Shown here piece by piece: positions 8,189 to 15,791 of a stretch of DNA of 23,254 nt. The translations under genes and the position numbers were made by a program. The DNA is from Candidatus Hydrogenedentota bacterium (lineage in GTDB: Bacteria > Hydrogenedentota > Hydrogenedentia > Hydrogenedentales > SLHB01), in assembly GCA_029974275.1 (NCBI GenBank), contig JARKSN010000341.1, positions 1 through 23,254 of the forward strand, written 5' to 3'. The notes beneath the pieces were generated by a model that searched no databases, was not told the origin of the DNA, and saw only the letters and a list, made by a program, of their open reading frames with translations. Every line of letters begins with the position of its first letter. The first letter of the stretch is position 1.

Positions 8189-10087
8189 ATGAACGTACTT
8201 CTGGCGCTTGCGGAAGATCGCGCCTTGCACGAGGCGCTCCGGGCGGCCGCGCCGGAATCGTGGCTGGTGCTGTTCGAGCGCAACGCGGAAGGGGCGCTGC
8301 GGCGGATGGTGTCGCTTCGTCCCGATGCGCTGTTGGTGGACGATTCGCTGGGGCTGGGGCGATCGCTTGTGCCGCGGCTGCGTCAATCGGCGCCGGGGGT
8401 TCCCCTTTTGGCGTTGTCGGCGCGAAACGACCCGGAGACGCTCGCCTCGTTTCAACTGGCGGGGGCGCAGGCGGTTCTGGCCAAGCCGTTTTCCGTGGAT
8501 TCGCTGCGCGAGACGCTGGCCGCGCTGGTGCAGCGTGGCGCTGCGGCTCCGGTCGATTCCCTGCCGGTGCGTCGCGCGGCGGAACGCCCTGCGGCCGTCT
8601 CTCCGGGGGTGAGTCAGCACCAGACGACGCTTCGTTGGCTGAGTCGGCTGAACGGTCAGATTGACGACGCGACTCGGCTGGCGCAAAGTCTGGTTGATGC
8701 GTCGGCGGATGTTTTTGACGCCGTCCGATGCGCGGTCGCTTTGGAGGGCGAGGATGGCATCCGCATCGTCGCCAGCCACGGGATCGGCGCTTCCGTGACC
8801 GAGGCGTTGCGGCTGGATTATCTGTCGGGCGTCATGCGCGCGTTCGAGGAAAACCCCTGTCTTATCGAGCGTTTTCCTGCGATGGAGGCGGTCGATGCGG
8901 GGCGCGAGATGGCGTTGTTGGGGGCGCGCCTTGCCGCGCCGCTGCGGATTTCCGGGCGGGTGGCGGGCGGTTTGTTCGTCGGCGAGAAGGCTTCGGGGCT
9001 GGAGTATACGGTGGAGGATCGCGAGTTGCTGGCGGGCATCGCGCGCACCGCGTCCACGTGCCTCGAGAACGCTTCGTTGTACAAGGATATCCGGGATCGA
9101 CAACGTCAGCTCGACACGGTTCTGGCGCACATCAGCGCAGGGGTGATCGTTGTCGGAAAAGACAAATGCGTCAAGATGATGAACGAGAGCGCCGGGCGCG
9201 TGTTGCAGGTGTCCCGGGACGAGGCGGTGGGGCGGAGCGTGCAGCGTTTGGGCAGCGGTTTCGCCGATGTCGCGTTGCGGACGTTGGCGGATCAGAAGCC
9301 GCGGTTGCGTCAGGAAGTGCGCGACGCGGCGATCAACGCGACGCTGGGCCTGAGCGCGACGCCTTTGGGCGACGACGCGGTGGCGATTGTGTTCTCGCGC
9401 TTGCCGGAGGATAGCGGCAAGATGGAGGATGTGGCCTATAGTCCGTTTTGGGAGTATTTGGCGTCGCGGGTGGCGCAGGAGATCAAGAATCCGATGGTGG
9501 CGGTCAACACGTTTGCGCAACTGTTGCCGCGCAAATACGACTCCGCCGATTTCCGGCAGGCGTTCAGCGATGTTGTGCAACAGGAGGTCGCGCGCATCAA
9601 CGGCGTGGTGGAAACGTTGTTCGAGTTTGCGCGGCATCCTCGCCTTTCGCTCCATCCCAGCAGCCTCAACGATGCGGTTCAGAGCGTCCTGCGCTCTTTT
9701 GACGAAGAGCTGGCGCGCTGTTCCATACGCGTGCAGGCGGAACTCGATCCCTCTGCGCCGCAGGTCAATCTTGATCCGCAGTTTTTCGCCCAGGCGTTGC
9801 AGAATGTCGTGCAGAATTCCATCGACGCCATGCCCGAGGGAGGCACGCTGCACGTTCGCACGCATGTCAACGGAGGCACGTGTGAAGTGATGGTGGAGGA
9901 CTCGGGGCCGGGCGTGCCCGAACAGGACGCGCCCCTGGTGTTCATGCCGTTTTTCAGCACGAAGGAAAAGGGCATGGGGCTTGGGCTCACCATCGCGAAC
10001 CGCATTTTGCGGCAACATGACGGGCATATCCGTCTTGTCCCCGGACACAAAGGGGGCGGCGCGTTTGTGCTGGAGGTGCCGTCCTGA
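8189..10087 (+). CDS. REC-GAF-PAS-HisKA-HATPase protein lacking the phospho-His (pseudo-histidine kinase)
   Basis: Receiver motifs PDALLVDD, LSAR, LAKPFS, then GAF and PAS. H-box reads AQEIKNP (CAG 9476-9478). N (NVVQNSIDA), G1 (DSGPG), F (PFFSTK) and G2 (GMGLGL) boxes are intact. RBS AGGAGGAGG; alternative GTG start at 8183. Confidence 0.9.
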   Translation: MNVLLALAEDRALHEALRAAAPESWLVLFERNAEGALRRMVSLRPDALLVDDSLGLGRSLVPRLRQSAPGVPLLALSARNDPETLASFQLAGAQAVLAKPFSVDSLRETLAALVQRGAAAPVDSLPVRRAAERPAAVSPGVSQHQTTLRWLSRLNGQIDDATRLAQSLVDASADVFDAVRCAVALEGEDGIRIVASHGIGASVTEALRLDYLSGVMRAFEENPCLIERFPAMEAVDAGREMALLGARLAAPLRISGRVAGGLFVGEKASGLEYTVEDRELLAGIARTASTCLENASLYKDIRDRQRQLDTVLAHISAGVIVVGKDKCVKMMNESAGRVLQVSRDEAVGRSVQRLGSGFADVALRTLADQKPRLRQEVRDAAINATLGLSATPLGDDAVAIVFSRLPEDSGKMEDVAYSPFWEYLASRVAQEIKNPMVAVNTFAQLLPRKYDSADFRQAFSDVVQQEVARINGVVETLFEFARHPRLSLHPSSLNDAVQSVLRSFDEELARCSIRVQAELDPSAPQVNLDPQFFAQALQNVVQNSIDAMPEGGTLHVRTHVNGGTCEVMVEDSGPGVPEQDAPLVFMPFFSTKEKGMGLGLTIANRILRQHDGHIRLVPGHKGGGAFVLEVPS

Positions 10088-10276
10088 AGTTGATTTTTGT
10101 GCGCCGATGAAGTACAAGAAGGTCTGCGGCGCATGTTGCGTCTGAGGCGGGCGATCCGAGCCCGCGCGATGTTTCAAGATCCGCAGCGGTGCGTAAGGGT
10201 GGTTGGTGCAGCGCGACCGTGCGGAGAATTCGAATAGATCGCGTTTTTGGCGTTCTCTGTTGGGCGATCATTTTGC

Positions 10277-10311
10277 TGTCTGTTTTGATCTATCCTTTGT
10301 CATTTTTGACA
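10277..10311. promoter_or_regulatory. Putative upstream activator (bEBP enhancer) sites
   Basis: Perfect palindrome TGTCA-TTTT-TGACA (10298-10311) and a 10/14 copy TGTCTGTTTTGATC starting 21 bp earlier, about 95 bp upstream of the -24 element. Confidence 0.6.
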
Positions 10312-10365
10312 CAATGATGGCGTTGAATACGAGGATCTTGGGAGATGTCCGGCCATCAGTTTCTG

Positions 10366-10378
10366 TAAGTCGTTGTTT
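10366..10378. promoter_or_regulatory. Putative IHF-binding site
   Basis: TAAGTCGTTGTTT has one mismatch to YAANNNNTTGATW, is followed by a T-rich tract, and lies between the enhancer and the sigma54 promoter. Confidence 0.55.
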
Positions 10379-10405
10379 TTGAATGTTTTTTGAAGATATT
10401 TTCTG

Positions 10406-10420
10406 TGGCACACGAATTGC
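10406..10420 (+). promoter_or_regulatory. Sigma54 (RpoN) -24/-12 promoter of the PEP-CTERM gene
   Basis: TGGCAC-ACGAA-TTGC, with exact GG-N10-GC spacing, about 150 nt upstream of ATG 10570. Confidence 0.88.
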
Positions 10421-10569
10421 GTCTCTTATTGGCAGACTACAGAAAAGTTGAAGCGTTCGATGGTGATTAGGTGCATAGACGTGGTGGTGATCGCGCTCGC
10501 GAGCGGATTGCCGGGATGCGGCCACGAGCGCTCGGGAAAGCGCGAGAAACCGGTTAAGGAGAAAGCAAC

Positions 10570-11286
10570 ATGAGGACCCTTGCGACGCTGACGATGGCCT
10601 TTGCCTTGGTGTCGGCCCCAGCCTTTGCGTCGTTTATGCCTACGCAATTGATTCCGCCGACAACGGTCACCGAGCCATGGACGCACATGGGCGGCTATGA
10701 CGAGGCCAACCTGTTCGAGATTTACAATGCATTGTATGGGACGTCCTACACGTCGAATGCGCAGTTGGAGCCGCTCCAAATGACGCCGGATGATCTGTTT
10801 GCGCTGGATCCTGGCGACAAGGCGGGGCCTTTCCAGGCGCGCGCTCGGTATGCGGGGTATGTGCAGAATTTCGGATGGTATTACAACACGCCGGGCGGCC
10901 CCGTGTTGACGCCGCTCATTTCGAACGTGAACGCGTCCGGCATGTTGCCGAACCTGCCGCAATACACCGCGCCGGCGTTTGTGCCGACGGGTCCGTTTGG
11001 GTTTTACGACACGGCCAACGGCAAGACGTGGTTCTCGGAATCCTCGCTGAACCCGAACAACGAAGACCATGTGGTGATGTACAAGACCCCAATTCCGTAC
11101 ACCTATTTGCTGGCGTGGGAAGACAAGCCGTTCCCGCCGAATGGGTCGGCGGACCGGGATTATCAGGACTTGCTGGTTGAGATTTATCTGGGGCCGGGCA
11201 CGATTGTTCCCGAGCCGGCTTCGATGTTGCTGTTGGGCCTTGGCATTGCGGGCGTGATGGCGCGTCGGTTCCGCCGCGCTGCATGA
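10570..11286 (+). CDS. PEP-CTERM sorting-domain surface protein (DUF4114-like passenger)
   Basis: Signal peptide MRTLATLTMAFALVSAPAFA. C-terminal VPEPAS, TM helix and basic tail RRFRRAA. Acidic motif LAWED..ADRDYQDLLV. RBS AAGGAG. Confidence 0.95.
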   Translation: MRTLATLTMAFALVSAPAFASFMPTQLIPPTTVTEPWTHMGGYDEANLFEIYNALYGTSYTSNAQLEPLQMTPDDLFALDPGDKAGPFQARARYAGYVQNFGWYYNTPGGPVLTPLISNVNASGMLPNLPQYTAPAFVPTGPFGFYDTANGKTWFSESSLNPNNEDHVVMYKTPIPYTYLLAWEDKPFPPNGSADRDYQDLLVEIYLGPGTIVPEPASMLLLGLGIAGVMARRFRRAA

Positions 11287-11310
11287 CGGGGTGAGGCAAG
11301 CGATTTTGGG

Positions 11311-11348
11311 AACGCCGCAACGGTACGCCGTTGCGGCGTTTGTTTTTT
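11311..11348 (+). terminator. Intrinsic terminator
   Basis: Perfect 13-bp stem AACGCCGCAACGG/CCGTTGCGGCGTT, loop TACG, then TGTTTTTT, 24 nt after the PEP-CTERM stop. Confidence 0.9.
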
Positions 11349-11582
11349 GGCGGCGAGGCGGCTGCAGGGGCCGGGGCTCTCGCGGGATGATTTTGGATCG
11401 GCGCATGCGTTCATCGGGTCGTCATGTTCTGGAATCGGATCTTGCAGGAGCGAGATGACGCCGCCGTGACGATTCGAGGATCCCTTGTGCGTTGCATAGG
11501 GACGGCATGATACAATGAGCGCCGGACCAACGCTCGGAAGGGCGGGGTCGGATTGTGCGCAGGGAAAGCATGGGAGGGCTGC

Positions 11583-12545
11583 ATGAGCCAGGCATCCGGT
11601 GATGTATTGACTCAACTCGAGGCCGCTTTGCAGCGCTGGACAGATGAAATGGGGAGTTCCCAGACCAGCATTGCGCGGCACTTGGTCGCGGTGAGGGAGC
11701 GGATTCAGGCCGTTGCAGACCAGGCCGCGCAGGCAGGCGGCCCGAACGGCGGCTGGGACGATGCCTTCAAGGGCGTTTCGGACATGGTGGAGCGGTTGCT
11801 GGAAGAGTGGCGCCGCATGTCGGCCGAATGGTCCCAGTGGAGGCCGGGCGTTGAGCAAGCGGTGATGGGGCTGCGCGAAGAGTTGGGTTTGGTGAAGGCG
11901 CAGGCGGGGCGGATCGCAGAGTTGGAAGAGCGGGTTGAAACGCTTATCAAGGCGGTTCGGCTGCAGCATCAGGCGCTGGAACGTCTTTCGCTTCAGAGCC
12001 ATGGGGCCCAGGCGGAGTCCTCGGAGCCGATCCAGGGGGATGCGTCGTTCCAGATGGATGGCGATGCCTCGAAGGATGCGTTTGGCGTTTTGGAACACGG
12101 CGAGGCGGGCGGGCGTCGTCCTCGGTTGGGCGAAATTTTGTTGGCGGAACAGGATGTTACGGATGATCAGTTGGGAGAGGCGCTCGCGGTTCAAGAGCAG
12201 GACCCATACCGCCGGATAGGGGCTATTCTGGTGGATCAGGGCATTGCGACGGAAGAGACCGTCGCGAGGGCTCTGGCGCGTCAGTTGATCATGAGATTTA
12301 TAGATTTGGATCGGGTGGAGCCCGATCCCGAGGCGGTGCGGGTCATCAGCGAGCGGCTTGCGCATCATCATGGTTGTATCCCCGTGAGTGTCACGGGCGA
12401 CGAGGTGCTGTTGGCCATGGCCAATCCGCTGGATTTGATTGCAATAGAGGACGTGGAGTTGGCGAGCGGGCGTCGCGTCGAACCGGCTGTCGCTACGGCG
12501 ACCGCCATTCGCAGGGCGATTGTCCGGAGTTTCGGATTGCGATAG
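11583..12545 (+). CDS. Coiled-coil protein with C-terminal MshEN / T2SSE_N domain, no ATPase
   Basis: Tandem RLGEILLAEQDVTDDQLGEALAVQ and RIGAILVDQGIATEETVARALARQ, then a GspE/PilB N-domain (LLAMANPLDLIAIEDVELASG). No Walker motifs. RBS GGAGGG; TGATACAAT upstream. Confidence 0.85.
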   Translation: MSQASGDVLTQLEAALQRWTDEMGSSQTSIARHLVAVRERIQAVADQAAQAGGPNGGWDDAFKGVSDMVERLLEEWRRMSAEWSQWRPGVEQAVMGLREELGLVKAQAGRIAELEERVETLIKAVRLQHQALERLSLQSHGAQAESSEPIQGDASFQMDGDASKDAFGVLEHGEAGGRRPRLGEILLAEQDVTDDQLGEALAVQEQDPYRRIGAILVDQGIATEETVARALARQLIMRFIDLDRVEPDPEAVRVISERLAHHHGCIPVSVTGDEVLLAMANPLDLIAIEDVELASGRRVEPAVATATAIRRAIVRSFGLR

Positions 12546-12603
12546 GCGTTGCATGGCGGCGCGCATGGGGCGTGCGGGTCATGTACGTATAGGGAGAATC
12601 AGG

Positions 12604-12741
12604 ATGAAGCATGTAACCTTCGTTTCGAAGCATTTGCCTTGTTTGGCCAGCGTGGAGAAGGCGACCGGAACGGGATCGGCGTTGCTGGGGTCGTTGTTTC
12701 GGTCGGCGCTTTTCCGTTGGTTGTTTGGGAAAGGCGCCTAG
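12604..12741 (+). CDS. Putative 45-aa peptide
   Basis: GGGAG 7 nt before the ATG. Product MKHVTFVSKHLPCLASVEKATGTGSALLGSLFRSALFRWLFGKGA, in an otherwise empty gap. Confidence 0.55.
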   Translation: MKHVTFVSKHLPCLASVEKATGTGSALLGSLFRSALFRWLFGKGA

Positions 12742-13030
12742 TACGCATTCTTGCGCGCGCTGACGGCGCGAGGGCATTTTGCAGGCAGGGAATTTGCTGT
12801 GGGGCAGGTTTTGCGCCGGGGCGCGGTCGTTCTCGGGGCGAAGGTGCGTGAAATGCCGGGCGCGGGCGCGTGTCCACCCTTCTGGGAGTTGCGTGGCGGA
12901 TGAGCGCGTCGGCGCGTCTTGCGCGGACGAGGCGATTGCCATGCGATTTGTCGCGCCGGGGCGTTGCGGGCCGGATTCATGGAAAATATCTGAAAGCAAT
13001 GGCCCCGGCTATTTCGGGGAAGGGGGAGAT

Positions 13031-13609
13031 ATGGCTGTTACGCCGTCGACGATGTTGCCGCTTGGGACGGAGGCCCCTGATTTTGCGTTGCCGGACACGA
13101 CGGGGCGCGTGGTGACGCGCGACTCGGTTCGCGGCCCGAAGGGGCTTCTGGTGATGTTCATCTGCAACCATTGCCCCTTTGTCAAGCATGTGCGGAGTGA
13201 ACTTGCCCGTTTGGGACGGGAATTGCCGTCGCAGGGGATTCATGTCGTCGCTATCAACGCAAACGATGCCGAGGCGTACCCCGAGGATAGTCCGGCGCAG
13301 ATGGCGGCGGAGGCGATAGATGCGGGATATGTTTTCCCTTATTTGTATGACGAGACCCAGTCCGTGGCCAAAGCATACCGTGCAGCGTGCACGCCCGACG
13401 TGTTCCTTTTCGATGGCGAGTTGCGACTTGTGTACCGAGGCCAGTTGGATGGGAGTCGTCCGGGCAACGACATTCCCTTGACGGGAGGGGATATTCGGGC
13501 TGCGACGGCTGCGTTGGTTTCCGGGGAGCGTCCTTTGCCGGATCAGAAGCCGAGCATGGGCTGTAATATCAAGTGGAAGGCGGGCAACGCGCCGTCGTAC
13601 GCGGGATAG
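13031..13609 (+). CDS. Thioredoxin-fold AhpC/TSA-family (peroxiredoxin-like) protein
   Basis: MLPLGTEAPDFALPD, FICNHCPFV, FPYLYDETQSVAKAYRAACTPD, PSMGCNIKW. RBS GGGGGAG. Confidence 0.92.
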   Translation: MAVTPSTMLPLGTEAPDFALPDTTGRVVTRDSVRGPKGLLVMFICNHCPFVKHVRSELARLGRELPSQGIHVVAINANDAEAYPEDSPAQMAAEAIDAGYVFPYLYDETQSVAKAYRAACTPDVFLFDGELRLVYRGQLDGSRPGNDIPLTGGDIRAATAALVSGERPLPDQKPSMGCNIKWKAGNAPSYAG

Positions 13610-13710
13610 AGCAGTTTGACTTTTTATGCCTACGGTCAGTCTTGAGAGAGCATTTTCGCCAGGGTTTCTTGAGCGCATATGGCGTAGGCATAATTAACGA
13701 AACTGCTCTA
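13607..13710. mobile_element. 104-bp MITE-like inverted-repeat element
   Basis: 28-bp arms 13607-13634 and 13683-13710 match 23/28 as reverse complements (TAGAGCAGTTT-N6-TTATGCCTACG). TA at both outer ends. AT-rich relative to the flanks. Confidence 0.7.
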
Positions 13711-14700
13711 GTCGGGGCAGGAAGGCGTTTTGAAGTGGTCAAAACCGGTGAGTAGGGAGGGGGCTCCGTCCAGGCGTCCGCCGGTCCATTCGTCCGTGAA
13801 TTCGCCGACGATGGTCACGGGAGTGGTGAACTCGCTGGCGAAGGCGTTCATCGTTTCGTTTGCGTCGGAGGGGGATAGGGCGAAGGCGAGTTCGTAGTCT
13901 TCTCCGCCGCTGAGCATGAAGGGGAGCGGATCGAGGCGGTTTTCGGCGCAGTATTGGGCGAGGGGGTCGATTAGGGGCAGACGGGCGGCGGCGATGTTGA
14001 CGCCGAGGCCCGAGGCGTTTGCGATATGGCGCGCGTCTTGTGCGAGTCCGTCGCTGATGTCGATCATGGCGTGAATGGCGGGGCGGGCGCACAGCCATTG
14101 TCCTTCCGCGATGCGGGGATGGGGGGTTGCGTGGGCGTGGACGAGCGCGGGCTCGGCGTGTCCGTGTTGGATGGCGTGCAGGCCGGCGGCGGAGGCTCCC
14201 GTGGAACCGGTGATGGCGAGCAGGTCGCCGGGGATGGCGCCGCGTCGTCGCAGGAATCGATTGCCCAGGGGTTCTCCGATGATCATGACGTCGATCACGA
14301 TTTTTTGTTCGGAACGCGTGGTGTCGCCGCCGACGATGATGGCTCCGAAACTGGACAGAGCGTTGGACATGCCTCGGTAGAGTTCTTCGATGTAGGAGAC
14401 TTTGACGTTGCCGGGGCATGCCAGGGAGACCAGGCTGAAGAGGGGGATGCTGCCCATGGCGGCGATGTCGCTGAGGCTTGCGGCGGCGGCTTTCCAGCCG
14501 ATTTGTCCGGGGGCCAAGGTATCGCGCCGGAAATGGATGTCCTCAAGGCACAAATCCGTGGAAACGAGCAGGAGCCGGTCGTGCATGCGCAGAACCGCGC
14601 AATCGTCGCCGATGCCTTCGACCACCAGCGCGGATGTGGGGAGCAGCTTGGTTAGGCGGTCGATGAGTCCGAATTCGCCGAGTTCACCGACCGTTTGCAT
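13708..14700 (-). CDS. thiL: Thiamine-phosphate kinase
   Basis: GEFGLID, GIGDDCAV, SLSDIAAMG, IVGGDT, MIDISDGL, SGGEDYEL, GFDHF. Confidence 0.96.
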   Translation of the reverse strand: MQTVGELGEFGLIDRLTKLLPTSALVVEGIGDDCAVLRMHDRLLLVSTDLCLEDIHFRRDTLAPGQIGWKAAAASLSDIAAMGSIPLFSLVSLACPGNVKVSYIEELYRGMSNALSSFGAIIVGGDTTRSEQKIVIDVMIIGEPLGNRFLRRRGAIPGDLLAITGSTGASAAGLHAIQHGHAEPALVHAHATPHPRIAEGQWLCARPAIHAMIDISDGLAQDARHIANASGLGVNIAAARLPLIDPLAQYCAENRLDPLPFMLSGGEDYELAFALSPSDANETMNAFASEFTTPVTIVGEFTDEWTGGRLDGAPSLLTGFDHFKTPSCPD

Positions 14701-15592
14701 GCGGCAGTCCTCCTTCTTCCAGGGCGCGCCATGCTTTTGGCAGCGATTTGATGAGGTCGCGTGCGATGAGGGCGCGTTCTGTTTTGCGTTGGGCCGCTAG
14801 GTCGCCTGCAAGTCCGTGGAGATATGCGCCCAGCAGCGCGGCGGGAAAAGCGGCCATTCCCTGCGCCAAGAGTCCGCCAATCAATCCCGACAGGACATCG
14901 CCCGCGCCGCCTGTGGCCATGCCGCTGTTGCCGGTTGGGTTGATGCGCGTTTCGCCCGAGGGATCGGCGATGACCGTGCCATGCCCTTTCAGCACGACGA
15001 CGCAGCGGTGGGACGCCGCGAATTCCCGCGCCGTTTCTTCGCGAGCATCCTGGATTTCCTGCGTCGAACATCCGGTTAGGCGCGCCATTTCTCCCGGGTG
15101 TGGCGTAAGGATGCGCGGCGCGGGCGCGGCATCCAGTGCGCCGAGGTCCGAGACGAGGGCATTGAGTCCGTCCGCGTCAATCAACAGGGGAACGGGACAA
15201 CGCCGCGTGAATTCAATGGCGAAGCGTTGCGTTCCAGGATGGGGAGAAAGTCCCGGTCCCAGCGCCACGGCCTGTTTGTCCGCTGCAAACGCCAACGCCG
15301 GTTCGAGGGCTGCGTAGGCGAAACTCTCCATCTCCGTCGCCGGCAGCGGCAGGCTCATCGGCTCCAACAATCCCGCCGCGATCACGTCCGCCAATGGGCG
15401 CGGCACGCCCACGGTGACCAATCCCGCGCCCGAACGCGCTGCGGCCATTGCCGTGAGCTTGGCCGCCCCCGTGAATCCGCGCGATCCGGCTAGAACGAAG
15501 AGATGGCCAAACGTCCCCTTGTGCCCAGAGGCGGGCCGTTCCGGCAACAGCGCCCGCATCTGGTCCGGGGAAAGAGTTTGTGGCGTTTTCAT
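14684..15592 (-). CDS. nnrD: ADP-dependent NAD(P)H-hydrate dehydratase (stand-alone YjeF C-domain)
   Basis: HKGTFG, AGSRGFTGAA, LGPGL, IDADGLN, LTPHPGEMARL, VVLKG, MATGGAGDVLSG. No epimerase domain. Overlaps thiL by 17 nt. Confidence 0.94.
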   Translation of the reverse strand: MKTPQTLSPDQMRALLPERPASGHKGTFGHLFVLAGSRGFTGAAKLTAMAAARSGAGLVTVGVPRPLADVIAAGLLEPMSLPLPATEMESFAYAALEPALAFAADKQAVALGPGLSPHPGTQRFAIEFTRRCPVPLLIDADGLNALVSDLGALDAAPAPRILTPHPGEMARLTGCSTQEIQDAREETAREFAASHRCVVVLKGHGTVIADPSGETRINPTGNSGMATGGAGDVLSGLIGGLLAQGMAAFPAALLGAYLHGLAGDLAAQRKTERALIARDLIKSLPKAWRALEEGGLPHANGR

Positions 15593-15598
15593 GGTTGC

Positions 15599-15627
15599 AT
15601 CCTACCCCGCTTGCGCGTGCCGGTCAA
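15599..15627 (-). promoter_or_regulatory. Sigma70 promoter of nnrD-thiL (leaderless geometry)
   Basis: Minus strand reads TTGACC-N17-TAGGAT-GCAACC-ATG. Confidence 0.7.
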
Positions 15628-15791
15628 GAGGTTGCGGCAGGCCGTCGCATTAAACCGCCAAACGGGATGGCGTCTGAGAATGGTTTGTGTTGGCAAGGGG
15701 ATCGTGGGGGGTGGAAATGGATATGGCGGGCTGTGCGTTAGCTCCATGAGTCCCAGATCGGCGCATTGGCGCCAGAAGGAGGGCATTGAAA

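Noticed and set aside
5279..9478. CAG recoded or edited to His, since two catalytic His positions in one operon both read CAG
   Set aside because: Other catalytic His residues use CAC and conserved Gln residues use CAG. His to Gln is a common single-base conservative change, so coincidence is simpler; a read check is still worthwhile.
7808..10177. 789-aa minus-strand ORF (likewise 11184..12566)
   Set aside because: Antisense shadows of well-supported plus-strand genes.
10430..10569. Riboswitch in the PEP-CTERM leader (also the 22208-22333 leader, and a cobalamin switch before 2554)
   Set aside because: Only short GC-rich inverted repeats are present, with no recognisable c-di-GMP, cobalamin or TPP aptamer motifs. 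An Rfam/Infernal scan would settle it.
12604..12741. SCIFF/ranthipeptide precursor (45 aa, starts MKH, radical SAM gene in window)
   Set aside because: It has only one Cys, and the radical SAM protein lacks SPASM cysteines and is more than 8 kb away.
12779..13030. N-terminal extensions in the ORF track (12779, 4199, 8126, 18595, 19935)
   Set aside because: Downstream ATGs have RBS or coupling support and match the family N-termini.
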